Below, piece after piece: positions 1 to 9,566 of a stretch of 64,000 nt of DNA. Position 1 is the stretch's first letter; each line of letters starts with the position of its first letter. The notes under the pieces are model-generated. The model was not told the origin of the DNA and searched no databases. It saw only the letters and a program-made list of their open reading frames with translations. The translations under genes and the position numbers were made by a program. Origin of the DNA: Candidatus Thalassarchaeaceae archaeon (lineage in GTDB: Archaea; Thermoplasmatota; Poseidoniia; Poseidoniales; Thalassarchaeaceae); the NCBI GenBank assembly GCA_023700245.1, contig JAJPRE010000002.1:34363-98362 (forward strand), given 5' to 3'.

Positions 1-1
1 A

Positions 2-1075
2 GTTTCAGATACTACTCCAGTAAGTACACTCGATACAATTGTGGAGAGAGGATCTATGAAGTGTGGTGTTAAAGAATCCCAATATGGAATGGGCTACTTA
101 GACGCTACTACCGGAGTTCGCTCTGGATTAGATATCGCTTACTGTAGAGCAGTTGCTGCTGCTATTGGCCTAAATCCAGATACTGGAGTGGAATATATCC
201 CAGCATCAGGATCAGATAGGTTCGATAAGTTATCTTCAGCAACTATTGATGTCTTAATCCGTACTACTACTTGGACTACAAGTAGAGATGCAGATTTAAA
301 TGCTGATTTCGCAGGTATGAACTTCTTTGATGGACAAGCTATTCTAGTTCGTGAAAGTGCATTCCCATCCGCCGATGCTAGTAATTCCGCTTTAGGATTA
401 AGCGGCGCTAACATCTGCGTAGGAGTAGGTACAACTACTGAAGGTAATATGCAAGACTATTTCTCTTCTAACATGATAGAGTTCACATCCGTTGGTACTG
501 CAGATGCAGCTGAAGCAACCGATAAATTAATTTCTGGTGAGTGCGATGCATTTACTGGAGACATGTCAGCAATGGTTGCTAAGAAATGGGCACTAGATAC
601 TGATGGATCTATTGAAGGCGGTACATGGATTGCTTCTGAACTTCTTTCAAAGGAACCTCTAGGGGCTGCTACTCGTGATGGCGATTCTGATTTCAAGGAC
701 GTTGTTGCATGGGTATGGTATGGAATGATTACAGCAGAAGAAATGGGCGTAACAGCAGCAAATGCTGCAGATATGGCAACTTCTTCTTGTGCTCTAAATG
801 CTGATGGCGCTACTACTAATCCTGGAATGTGCAGACTGTTAACTGCTAATCTTGGATTAGGTACTACTGCTAATCCATTAGCTGGAACTTGGATGCAAGC
901 TGTATTAGCTGCATCTGGAAACTATGGTGAAGCATATGATGACGCATTCTGCGATGGTACTTATGACGGAACTAGTGGATCAGCTGCTATGGTTGATTGT
1001 TTAATCTCCAGAGTAGGTACTGCAAACGCTCTCGTTTCAGAGGGTGGTCTACAGTATGCACCTCCAATGCGTTAA
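2..1075 (+). CDS. aapJ: General L-amino-acid ABC transporter substrate-binding protein (AapJ/BztA family), 5'-truncated by the window edge
   Basis: Frame is open from base 2 (VSDTTPVSTLDTIVERG...). Family motifs: GLDIAYCRAVAAA, IDVLIRTTTWTTSRD, CDAFTGD, SKEPLG, GNYGE, C-terminal GGLQYAPPMR. Followed by two permeases and an ATPase. Confidence 0.9.
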   Translation, partial: VSDTTPVSTLDTIVERGSMKCGVKESQYGMGYLDATTGVRSGLDIAYCRAVAAAIGLNPDTGVEYIPASGSDRFDKLSSATIDVLIRTTTWTTSRDADLNADFAGMNFFDGQAILVRESAFPSADASNSALGLSGANICVGVGTTTEGNMQDYFSSNMIEFTSVGTADAAEATDKLISGECDAFTGDMSAMVAKKWALDTDGSIEGGTWIASELLSKEPLGAATRDGDSDFKDVVAWVWYGMITAEEMGVTAANAADMATSSCALNADGATTNPGMCRLLTANLGLGTTANPLAGTWMQAVLAASGNYGEAYDDAFCDGTYDGTSGSAAMVDCLISRVGTANALVSEGGLQYAPPMR

Positions 1076-1110
1076 TTTAGATAACGAATCGCATTGACGG
1101 ATTTACACAA

Positions 1111-1150
1111 ACCTCTAGGGGGGAAAATCTCCTCTAGAGGTCTATTTTTT
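1111..1150 (+). terminator. Stem-loop plus T-tract after the substrate-binding protein gene
   Basis: ACCTCTAGGGGGGA-AAA-TCTCCTCTAGAGGT inverted repeat (two G-U pairs) followed by CTATTTTTT. Confidence 0.7.
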
Positions 1151-1173
1151 ATATTATTTCTGGATGTATTTTA

Positions 1174-3495
1174 TTGGTAAATTATTTTTCAACATCGCCT
1201 GTTGTAGAAAAAGAAGATGAAAATACATCAGGCACTTCATCTTCTTTTTATAAAATCAAAGATAATTTTATTTTCATACTATCAATCATTTTCTTTTGGT
1301 TTTACTCTAATAAATTCCTCAATTCATCAGCTAAATATGCTACAGATATGTCTAGGGACTTATCATTTGGAGGAGTTCAACAAAATATCTCTTATTATCC
1401 AATAGAAACTCTAATATTATCAATCGGGGGATTCTTATTAATATCATATTTACTAATCCAAAATGAGATAGAAGACGCATTTTCTGAGCCTAATAAAATT
1501 TCATTAAATAATTCACTTTTCAATAATGCTTTTTTTGATAATCTTATTTATTATATCCAAATAATGCCATTATGGATTATTTTTGGTGGATTATCTGGGA
1601 TATCTCTTAATGCTAATTTAACGTCGTTATCAGTCCTTTCATTGATTATTACCTTTGCAAAAGGCTCCGTATTTGGCTTATTTATTGGATTATTCGTCAA
1701 CTTTGCAATAAGGGGTTGTAAATCCTCTTTTTTTGCTATCTCAATGTTTTTACTAACATATCTCCTAATCCCCTTTTTAGATTTATCATCAAGCACGCAA
1801 GTTCCATTTTTCTTTATTGGCGGTGCAGTATTGACATCATCTCTTCTGATGCAAAATAATGTATCAAAATTGTTTAGTCTAAGGCGGCACAATATACTCG
1901 ATAAATTAAAAAATGATATCCAATCATTGTCTTCTTTATTTTCAATTATTATATTCATAATATTGACATTTCAAATTCCACTATTTCCAATTATTTCCGA
2001 TATTTTAATACCTCTATTATCGTTCATATTATTAATTAATGTCGCATATTGGACGTTCACATTGTCAAAGGAGTCTTCACAACCTTCTGTACATGAGCAC
2101 AGGACGGCTTCATTGATATTTATGATCGGTCTACCATTTTTCTTATACTTACTTCTAAGATTTATGTATTTACTACATCACCCAGACACAGTCATGAGAA
2201 ATAGGTGGGAACTAGCATATGATTTCATGGTAGATGGAAATACATTCAGAGTAAATACTTGGCCATTCGAAGTTACTCCTGGTGCAGATTCAAGATGGCT
2301 TTTCTACAAGGCTGCCATAATAAATTCTGCTAGAGTAACATTAGTTAGTATTTTCTTCTGTACGATACTCGGCATAATTGTCGGAGTAACTAGGCTCTCC
2401 TCTAACAAGTTAGCCTCAAATCTCGCTACTATTTATGTTGAAATATTTAGAAATCTTCCTTTAGCCGTTCTTCTTTTCTTGGTTGCAACTCAGATGGGGC
2501 ACCAATTTCCCATGGGTATGAAAAATATTCAAGATATTGGAGGTGGAAGAATTTATTTTAATAATCAAGGAATTTGGTTTGCTACTATTGCTGATTATTC
2601 AAGGTTATTGATTGGAATAATTATTCTCGGATCAGTAAGAATTTTTCTAAGGCACACGTCTAGAGTTGAACCACGCTTACTTTCGGGTGGTGGCAAATAT
2701 AGTTTCTTATCCAGGCCTTTCTCTAAATTGGGTTGGAAATTTGAAACCTTAGTTGCAGATATCTTGATGTTTTCGGGATTATTACTCTTTATTATATTTT
2801 CATATTCATTTTTTACAACTGGAGGGGGAGGATTAATGTGTTTAATAGGCTCATTAATTCTACTAGGGTCATTCTACTTATATACAAATGTTGATGATTC
2901 AGGAATAAATGTATTATTCATAGATGATACTGATGAAGGAATACGTAAAAGATTAACTATTTGGTTAATTTCTATATCTATAGCAGCAGGAATCGCAATA
3001 TCGGGCGGATTCTCTCTTCCGGATCTTTATCAGCCATCAAGCTCCCCTGGGTCATGGAGAATTTTGGATAATACTGGATTTGAAATCACTCCGCCATTTC
3101 TTGCCATGGTCTTAGGCTTGACTCTATTCACGGCATCAGTAGTTGCCGAAATAGTCAGGGGCAGTATTCAATCTCTGCCAAGGGGGCAGGTTGAAGCCGC
3201 TATTTCATTAGGACTTAGTCCATTGCAAAGACTAAGATTAGTAATATTGCCCCAGGCCCTTAGGAGCATGATTCCCCTATTAAATAATCAATTTATGAAT
3301 GTATGGAAAAATTCTAGTCTAGCAATAATTGTTGCATATAATGATATATTTTATCAATTTCTCGTAATGTCAAATAATGTAGGTAAAGTAATTCCATTAT
3401 TCATCCTTCTTTTGATAACTTATCAATTTGGGAGCCTACTAATTTCTGCTATAATGAATTGGTTTAATGCTAGAGTAACGAGTGTGAAGATATGA
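1174..3495 (+). CDS. aapQ: Amino-acid ABC transporter permease (AapQ-like) with long N-terminal multi-TM extension
   Basis: TILGIIVGVTRLSSN, YVEIFRNLPL, EAA loop AEIVRGSIQSLPRGQVEAAISLGL, ILPQALR, KNSSLA. Start (TTG) uncertain. Confidence 0.82.
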   Translation: MVNYFSTSPVVEKEDENTSGTSSSFYKIKDNFIFILSIIFFWFYSNKFLNSSAKYATDMSRDLSFGGVQQNISYYPIETLILSIGGFLLISYLLIQNEIEDAFSEPNKISLNNSLFNNAFFDNLIYYIQIMPLWIIFGGLSGISLNANLTSLSVLSLIITFAKGSVFGLFIGLFVNFAIRGCKSSFFAISMFLLTYLLIPFLDLSSSTQVPFFFIGGAVLTSSLLMQNNVSKLFSLRRHNILDKLKNDIQSLSSLFSIIIFIILTFQIPLFPIISDILIPLLSFILLINVAYWTFTLSKESSQPSVHEHRTASLIFMIGLPFFLYLLLRFMYLLHHPDTVMRNRWELAYDFMVDGNTFRVNTWPFEVTPGADSRWLFYKAAIINSARVTLVSIFFCTILGIIVGVTRLSSNKLASNLATIYVEIFRNLPLAVLLFLVATQMGHQFPMGMKNIQDIGGGRIYFNNQGIWFATIADYSRLLIGIIILGSVRIFLRHTSRVEPRLLSGGGKYSFLSRPFSKLGWKFETLVADILMFSGLLLFIIFSYSFFTTGGGGLMCLIGSLILLGSFYLYTNVDDSGINVLFIDDTDEGIRKRLTIWLISISIAAGIAISGGFSLPDLYQPSSSPGSWRILDNTGFEITPPFLAMVLGLTLFTASVVAEIVRGSIQSLPRGQVEAAISLGLSPLQRLRLVILPQALRSMIPLLNNQFMNVWKNSSLAIIVAYNDIFYQFLVMSNNVGKVIPLFILLLITYQFGSLLISAIMNWFNARVTSVKI

Positions 3496-5081
3496 GTTCT
3501 AACTATGATAAAGTTTTACGTAGAATTCTAGATCTGGAGGAATCCGTAGTCGGAAAGCCAATGAAGTCATATATTAGCCCCAGGCTTGGTACTTCTTTCT
3601 CTATTATTTCATTTACTTTTTCACTTATGGCCTCTATTTATTTATTTACTAATTACATATTTGTTGAAAGTACTGGCCAATGGGCACCAATTTATGAAAT
3701 TCTTCTTAATTCTTCATTCAGCGTAATTCTATATTCACTATTATCGTCAACAGCATTTTTCTTTTTATCATTCTTTATTATGTCCTCCATTCTAAAATTA
3801 ACATTTATTAGAAATACGGGAACTGCAGGATTGGGAATATTTAGCGCTTGGATAATTTTCTCTGTGATCAGTGGACTTGGACATTTCATATTGATAGAAG
3901 CTGATTGGGATGTTGTATGGCAAGGGCGGCTTTTATTACTATTCGGTCAACAAATGTTTGAAGCAGTTACTCAATCATATTACCCAAATCAAAGTTGGAG
4001 ATTATGGTCCGTATTATATCTCGTATATATCGTTATACCTGCTGCATATGGTACTACTAAAGACAATCCTCTCAAATTCATTATTTCATTTGGAATTTTT
4101 TCATTAATTACAATTTATGCCGCAATCGGCGGTTCTCATGTTTATCCAGATAATTATAATTATATGGGCCCACTTACAAAATTATTGGGTGCAACTGTAG
4201 TTGCATATTTTTCATATTACCAATCTTATAGATATTGTTTAAAATCAGAAGATTATAAGGCAAATAAATTGAGATCATATCTCGGAATAGGCTCAGTTTT
4301 TGTATTTTTTTATTCTATATTTATAATGAATCCCCCGGATTCGATACAATCTTTGTGTGCTAATGTCTTTGGCATATCTGCATCAGAATTACAAGTATCT
4401 CGCTGTGGAGGGGTAGAGGCGTCTCAATGGGGCGGTCTTTTCGTTAACTTACTTGTAGCGACAGCAGGCTGTGTATTGGGTTTCGGCGTCGGAGTAATTT
4501 TAGCATTTGCACGTCAGAGTAAATTACCTTTCTTCAAATATCCCGCAGTCACGCTAATCGAAACTGTCCGTTCAGGACCTCTTATTTGTTGGTTATACTT
4601 TGCTGTGTTTCTTCTCCCAGATATTATAGATCCATTTATGGAAGTAGAAGACATAATACGTTTACTAATGATTTTTGGACTGTTTGGTGGATGTTATATT
4701 GCAGAGGTTCTAAGGGGGGGGTTACAAGCTGTTGATAGTGGCCAAAAAGAAGCAGCACTTGCTCTTGGATTATCTCCAATGCAAACTAAATTACAGGTCG
4801 AATTACCTAATGCAGTACGTACGACACTTCCATCAATTGTCAGTGTTTTCATCGGATTATGGAAGGATACTACACTCCTATTCATAATTAATGTCCTGGA
4901 TTTCTTCAAACTTGCAAAGGACCTCCCAAATACTTCTCCAGGTTATCTGGATGATTTCCTTGAACCATTATATGTCACAGCCTTGATATTTTGGCTATTT
5001 GCTTTCTATCTATCAAGAATATCTATGAGGATAGAAAAAAGTCTAGGTTTGACTAATGAAGGAGGAGGAGAAGTTGCATGA
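3492..5081 (+). CDS. aapM: Amino-acid ABC transporter permease (AapM-like)
   Basis: [21 protein letters not shown] loop [33 protein letters not shown] overlap with the previous gene. Confidence 0.85.
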   Translation: MSSNYDKVLRRILDLEESVVGKPMKSYISPRLGTSFSIISFTFSLMASIYLFTNYIFVESTGQWAPIYEILLNSSFSVILYSLLSSTAFFFLSFFIMSSILKLTFIRNTGTAGLGIFSAWIIFSVISGLGHFILIEADWDVVWQGRLLLLFGQQMFEAVTQSYYPNQSWRLWSVLYLVYIVIPAAYGTTKDNPLKFIISFGIFSLITIYAAIGGSHVYPDNYNYMGPLTKLLGATVVAYFSYYQSYRYCLKSEDYKANKLRSYLGIGSVFVFFYSIFIMNPPDSIQSLCANVFGISASELQVSRCGGVEASQWGGLFVNLLVATAGCVLGFGVGVILAFARQSKLPFFKYPAVTLIETVRSGPLICWLYFAVFLLPDIIDPFMEVEDIIRLLMIFGLFGGCYIAEVLRGGLQAVDSGQKEAALALGLSPMQTKLQVELPNAVRTTLPSIVSVFIGLWKDTTLLFIINVLDFFKLAKDLPNTSPGYLDDFLEPLYVTALIFWLFAFYLSRISMRIEKSLGLTNEGGGEVA

Positions 5082-5830
5082 GTACAGATAGTGATGAAGT
5101 AATTATAGAAACAAAAGGCGTGAAAGTAAATTTTGGTGACTTTTGGGCACTAAAAGGAATTGATATGAAAGTTACACGGGGTGAAATAATTGTAGTGTTG
5201 GGCCCATCTGGCTCTGGTAAATCTACATTTATTAGGACCTTAAACAGGCTCCAGCCTCACAGCGCAGGAACTATTGAAGTAGATGGGATAGGAATAGATG
5301 ATGAAACTACAGTAGCCGACTTAAAATACATAAGATCTGAAGTTGGGTTTGTTTTCCAACAATTCAATCTTTTTCCTCACCTAACAATAATGGAAAACAT
5401 TACGCTAGCGCCCATGAAAGTAAAAGGCATGTCAAAACAAGATGCAGAAAAGAAAGCGTTATCGCTTTTGGAGCGTGTCGGAATACCTGAACAAGCTTAC
5501 AAATATCCTAGTGGATTATCTGGAGGCCAACAACAGCGTGTTGCTATTGCGAGGGCATTAGCAATGGATCCTAAAATTATGTTATTCGATGAGCCAACAT
5601 CTGCCCTTGATCCTGAAATGATAAAAGAAGTTCTGGATGTCATGATAGATTTGGCAAAAAGAGATATTACTATGATTGTAGTTACTCATGAGATGGGATT
5701 CGCCAAAGAAGTTGCTGATCGTGTCATATTGTTCGACGAAGGTCTACTAATTGAAGAAAATACACCAGATGTTTTCTTTGATAATCCGCAACACGATAGG
5801 ACAAAATTATTCCTCGAACAAATACTTTGA
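5078..5830 (+). CDS. aapP: Amino-acid ABC transporter ATP-binding protein (AapP/GlnQ family)
   Basis: Walker [53 protein letters not shown]. Confidence 0.93.
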   Translation: MSTDSDEVIIETKGVKVNFGDFWALKGIDMKVTRGEIIVVLGPSGSGKSTFIRTLNRLQPHSAGTIEVDGIGIDDETTVADLKYIRSEVGFVFQQFNLFPHLTIMENITLAPMKVKGMSKQDAEKKALSLLERVGIPEQAYKYPSGLSGGQQQRVAIARALAMDPKIMLFDEPTSALDPEMIKEVLDVMIDLAKRDITMIVVTHEMGFAKEVADRVILFDEGLLIEENTPDVFFDNPQHDRTKLFLEQIL

Positions 5831-5835
5831 GATAT

Positions 5836-6726
5836 TCATGATTCTATCCAATGTGCGACTCTGTCGTGTATGGTGCTCCTAAAAGTTAATAATTTTAATT
5901 TAGGTCCATCAAGACTTACTGTAATAATGGAGCCTCTAGCAAAATGAGTTTCTTCCCATCCGTCACTGACTACATATCCTCTATGCATGTCACTTGTCAA
6001 TACAGTTTTCTTGTCTGTCCATGACCAATAAGAACCATCATCCAAACGCTCACTTCTTGGAAGATCTCTTGAGACGAATAGATAACGTTCTCCAATCTCG
6101 TCAATTGGAAATCTCACACCTTCAATATTTGCAACATGCCTAAACCAAGCACCTTGGCCTAAGAATGTAGAAAATAAACATCCAGAAGATCTCTGGACTA
6201 TATCAATCCCATCATTAGTTCTATCTGCAACTCTTTCTATTCTATATTTCGATGGTTGATATTGATGCGTATTCGCTACTAATAAATCATTTAGCGCAGG
6301 ATCAGAAACTAGAATCTTGCCGCTAGGTGTTTCAATTTTAGCTTGTAGTCTTGGAAGTGAATTAATTATTCCCTTTCCTTTTATAACTTCAAGTATATCA
6401 TCTGCAAAGAATTTAGGCTCACTCCCCATATAAAATCCATAAGAGCCATCACTGCTGATTTCCCTGGGGTGGCTATTAACTCCCATGACTGGAGTATTCG
6501 AATCAATGGAATGAACTATCGATGTTAAAGTCCCATCTCCGCCCAATATTATGGCCAAGTCCCTATCTATGAAGTCAGATCTACGGACTGTTTCCCTCAC
6601 TGTATAGTCTACTCTTATGTCTCTTTTTGAAACTAAATTATCCAATACTGCCCTAATGTCTTCAAGGGCTATATCATGAACGTCTTCAAAGTTTTTTTTA
6701 TAGACTACTAAGATGTTAAATGGCAT
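5836..6726 (-). CDS. NAD(H) kinase family protein
   Basis: GGDGT signature, GVNSHP, LND motif, SSG-x3-ST-x2-G-x2-W. Confidence 0.8.
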   Translation of the reverse strand: MPFNILVVYKKNFEDVHDIALEDIRAVLDNLVSKRDIRVDYTVRETVRRSDFIDRDLAIILGGDGTLTSIVHSIDSNTPVMGVNSHPREISSDGSYGFYMGSEPKFFADDILEVIKGKGIINSLPRLQAKIETPSGKILVSDPALNDLLVANTHQYQPSKYRIERVADRTNDGIDIVQRSSGCLFSTFLGQGAWFRHVANIEGVRFPIDEIGERYLFVSRDLPRSERLDDGSYWSWTDKKTVLTSDMHRGYVVSDGWEETHFARGSIITVSLDGPKLKLLTFRSTIHDRVAHWIES

Positions 6727-6848
6727 CCCAATACACTCCTTATCTCACTCCAATCAGTAATCACATATAGCCACAACGTAAAAAATATAATCATTTGAAT
6801 GCTAATTTATCACATACACTCATCAATAACTTCTCTTTAGGATACCGT

Positions 6849-7910
6849 ATGACGGCAGCATATTTAATGGCGATAATTACTATTTTATCGTTTAGCACAG
6901 GCTGTTTAACTGTGCCTATTTCTGATGTATGCGAGGATGAAAATTGCTTTGACTTCTCAGTAGAATCATTTTCAAATTTATTATCTCAGGAAAATGCATT
7001 TGATATTATTTCATATTCACAGTTATATCCTCAACTCCGTGTAGAGGCGTATTTGGTATCCGAACAACAAAATCAAAGAGGTGAAATATATTGGAATGTG
7101 GCTAAAGATGAAGAATCAGGTTTGAGTTCTATTTCATCTAGATTAGTATTGGGTGAATCAATTATAATAGATAATGAGTATATTGAAGGTAATGAGACTA
7201 ATAATTACAGAGTCGGCAATGAATGGTATCAGGGTAGAGACCAAATAACTAGTCATTCTAATCCATTTATTAAATTGGCACAATCTGCTGCAGAGAACCC
7301 GGATGGATTTTGGCCTCCATTTTCATTTAATACTAATGATATATCTAACCTGGACTGGACTATATCCGTCGATCTCACATCAAACCAATTAGTGGCAACT
7401 GCAATTAATCAAACTCACTCCATATATGTAGAAACTCGCGGCATGCCTCCAGTTATAGTCGCAATTGAAACATACTCAGATAATGATAATTTTATTCTTA
7501 AAGTATCTACTGAAAATGTTTCTATATCTATAAATAATGGGTTAATTAGAGCGCCTGCACCATTTATTCTTAACCCTGACTCTATTATGAATGATGATAA
7601 TATTACTTATTGGTCTGGAATAATTTCAGATACACTTTCTATTGACATCAATCCAGATGAACTAGAAATACATGGTTTATCTACACAGGGAAGTAATGCA
7701 ACTTCAATAATTTCAATGAGATTTGACTTAAAGACTGCAAATTTAACTATGGATGATGGTACTTGGTGGGAATTTAATTGGGTCGACTATCTTGGAGAAA
7801 ACTTAGTATCAAATGGCGACTTATACACCGTAAGAACTAATTCTACTGGCAATTTAAGTATTGCAATCTATGATTTGTGGGCAGATTCTTGGACCGATAT
7901 GGTGTTTTAA
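6849..7910 (+). CDS. Hypothetical lipoprotein
   Basis: ATG at 6849 gives a hydrophobic signal ending in lipobox-like STGC; acidic, beta-rich mature part. The ORF track starts upstream at 6795. Confidence 0.6.
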   Translation: MTAAYLMAIITILSFSTGCLTVPISDVCEDENCFDFSVESFSNLLSQENAFDIISYSQLYPQLRVEAYLVSEQQNQRGEIYWNVAKDEESGLSSISSRLVLGESIIIDNEYIEGNETNNYRVGNEWYQGRDQITSHSNPFIKLAQSAAENPDGFWPPFSFNTNDISNLDWTISVDLTSNQLVATAINQTHSIYVETRGMPPVIVAIETYSDNDNFILKVSTENVSISINNGLIRAPAPFILNPDSIMNDDNITYWSGIISDTLSIDINPDELEIHGLSTQGSNATSIISMRFDLKTANLTMDDGTWWEFNWVDYLGENLVSNGDLYTVRTNSTGNLSIAIYDLWADSWTDMVF

Positions 7911-7956
7911 ATAATAACACAACTTTATCTATGACATTATCTCTAGAAGGGATTTA

Positions 7957-9444
7957 ATGTTGGGAATATTTAGTTCAAATCTAATACAAATTTTTTTGTC
8001 TATTATGATATTTACAGCTTTAATGTCCGGTTGTTTGTCTTCAAATGATACGGATGGAGATGGATTGTTTGACGATATTGATAATTGTATAGAGGAATCT
8101 AATCCAAGCCAGAAAGATTTTGATGGCGATGACCTAGGTGATGCATGCGATCAAGATGATGATTCAGATGGCGTTATAGACGAATTAGATATATTCCCTT
8201 TTAACTCAGATGAATCTAAAGATTCAGATAATGATGGATATGGCGATAATGAAGATGTATTTCCAAACGACGGGAGTGAATCACATGATTCTGATGGCGA
8301 TGGTTATGGAGATAATATTGATGCTTTTCCTAATTATGATTTAGAATGGTCAGATAATGATGGCGACAATATAGGAGATAACCTTGACGACGATGATGAT
8401 AATGATGGTATTCTAGATATTACTGATCAGTTCACCCTTACTCCGTTCACGACTCTAAACTCAGAAGGGCCATTCAATGTCGGCTCAATGGAACTGTCTT
8501 ACATGTCCCCAAGAGGTCACGAAATCACTATACAGATTTGGTATCCAACAAATGAAAATAAGGGAGATACTGTAGTTTATGATTCTACTTTCGGCGGCTC
8601 TGGATTTGAAGATGCTGTACCCGACTGCTCAGAATTAAGGCCAGTTGCAATGTACAGTCATGGATTTCCAAGCATTAGATGGGGGTCATCTTTCTTAATG
8701 TCCCATTTGGCAAGTCATGGATTTATTTCTGTTGCTCCAGATCATCAACATATGACCATATGGGACATAAATATAGATTACTTCCACCAAGCCATTCTTT
8801 CAATGCCTTCGGATATTAAAGATTCATTTGACTGGTTAACAAGGCAAAATGGTATTTCCGGTGTGTTTGAAAATTGTATATCTCCTGATGAAGGATATGC
8901 AATGATAGGTCAATCGACGGGAGGATACAACTCAATGTTATTGACTGGTGCTGAAATAATAACTTCAGATCTTGAAGGTAGATGTAATCAAGAGGAATTA
9001 ATAATTTGTAAAATCAAAGATAATTTGGAAAATAATCATTCTAATAAAGGAGTAAGTGAATTCAAAGATGAAAGAATATGGGGGTCTTTATTATTATCTC
9101 CATGGAATGGTTCGATACTTGATCAAGGAATTTCAAAAGTTGGAGTGCCTACTATGATTTTATCAGGTAATTTGGATGAAACTACTACAATAACTGAAGT
9201 AAATAATACTGCTGCTTCACTTGGTAAAAGCTTAATCTATTACGCAATATTAAATAATTCTGGACATTATGCATTTGCACCAATAGGTTGTGAGGCATAT
9301 GGTTGTGAAGGTTTACTGGATATTGAAATTTCTACAAAATTTGCCAACCAATCAGCTATAATTTTTCTTGCTGGATTATTGAATTGGCCAAATTCAGATG
9401 AATATTATCTACCTATGGGGGAATTCGCTGAATGGCAAATATGA
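7957..9444 (+). CDS. Lipoprotein: thrombospondin type-3-like Ca-binding repeats plus alpha/beta hydrolase (PAF-AH/dienelactone hydrolase-like)
   Basis: Lipobox-like MSGC; DxDxDG repeats (about 8047-8420); IWYP, SHG, VAPDH, nucleophile GQSTGG, GNLD, GHYAF. Confidence 0.8.
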   Translation: MLGIFSSNLIQIFLSIMIFTALMSGCLSSNDTDGDGLFDDIDNCIEESNPSQKDFDGDDLGDACDQDDDSDGVIDELDIFPFNSDESKDSDNDGYGDNEDVFPNDGSESHDSDGDGYGDNIDAFPNYDLEWSDNDGDNIGDNLDDDDDNDGILDITDQFTLTPFTTLNSEGPFNVGSMELSYMSPRGHEITIQIWYPTNENKGDTVVYDSTFGGSGFEDAVPDCSELRPVAMYSHGFPSIRWGSSFLMSHLASHGFISVAPDHQHMTIWDINIDYFHQAILSMPSDIKDSFDWLTRQNGISGVFENCISPDEGYAMIGQSTGGYNSMLLTGAEIITSDLEGRCNQEELIICKIKDNLENNHSNKGVSEFKDERIWGSLLLSPWNGSILDQGISKVGVPTMILSGNLDETTTITEVNNTAASLGKSLIYYAILNNSGHYAFAPIGCEAYGCEGLLDIEISTKFANQSAIIFLAGLLNWPNSDEYYLPMGEFAEWQI

Positions 9445-9566
9445 GTGTATTCATAAATAAAAACTATCTTAAATCAATTATATTAATGCGGTCCAATGTT
9501 CCATATTTATCTCTTTAAGGCATTAATTTATGATTATATTAAAAAACATTGTAATTAGCAACGCCT

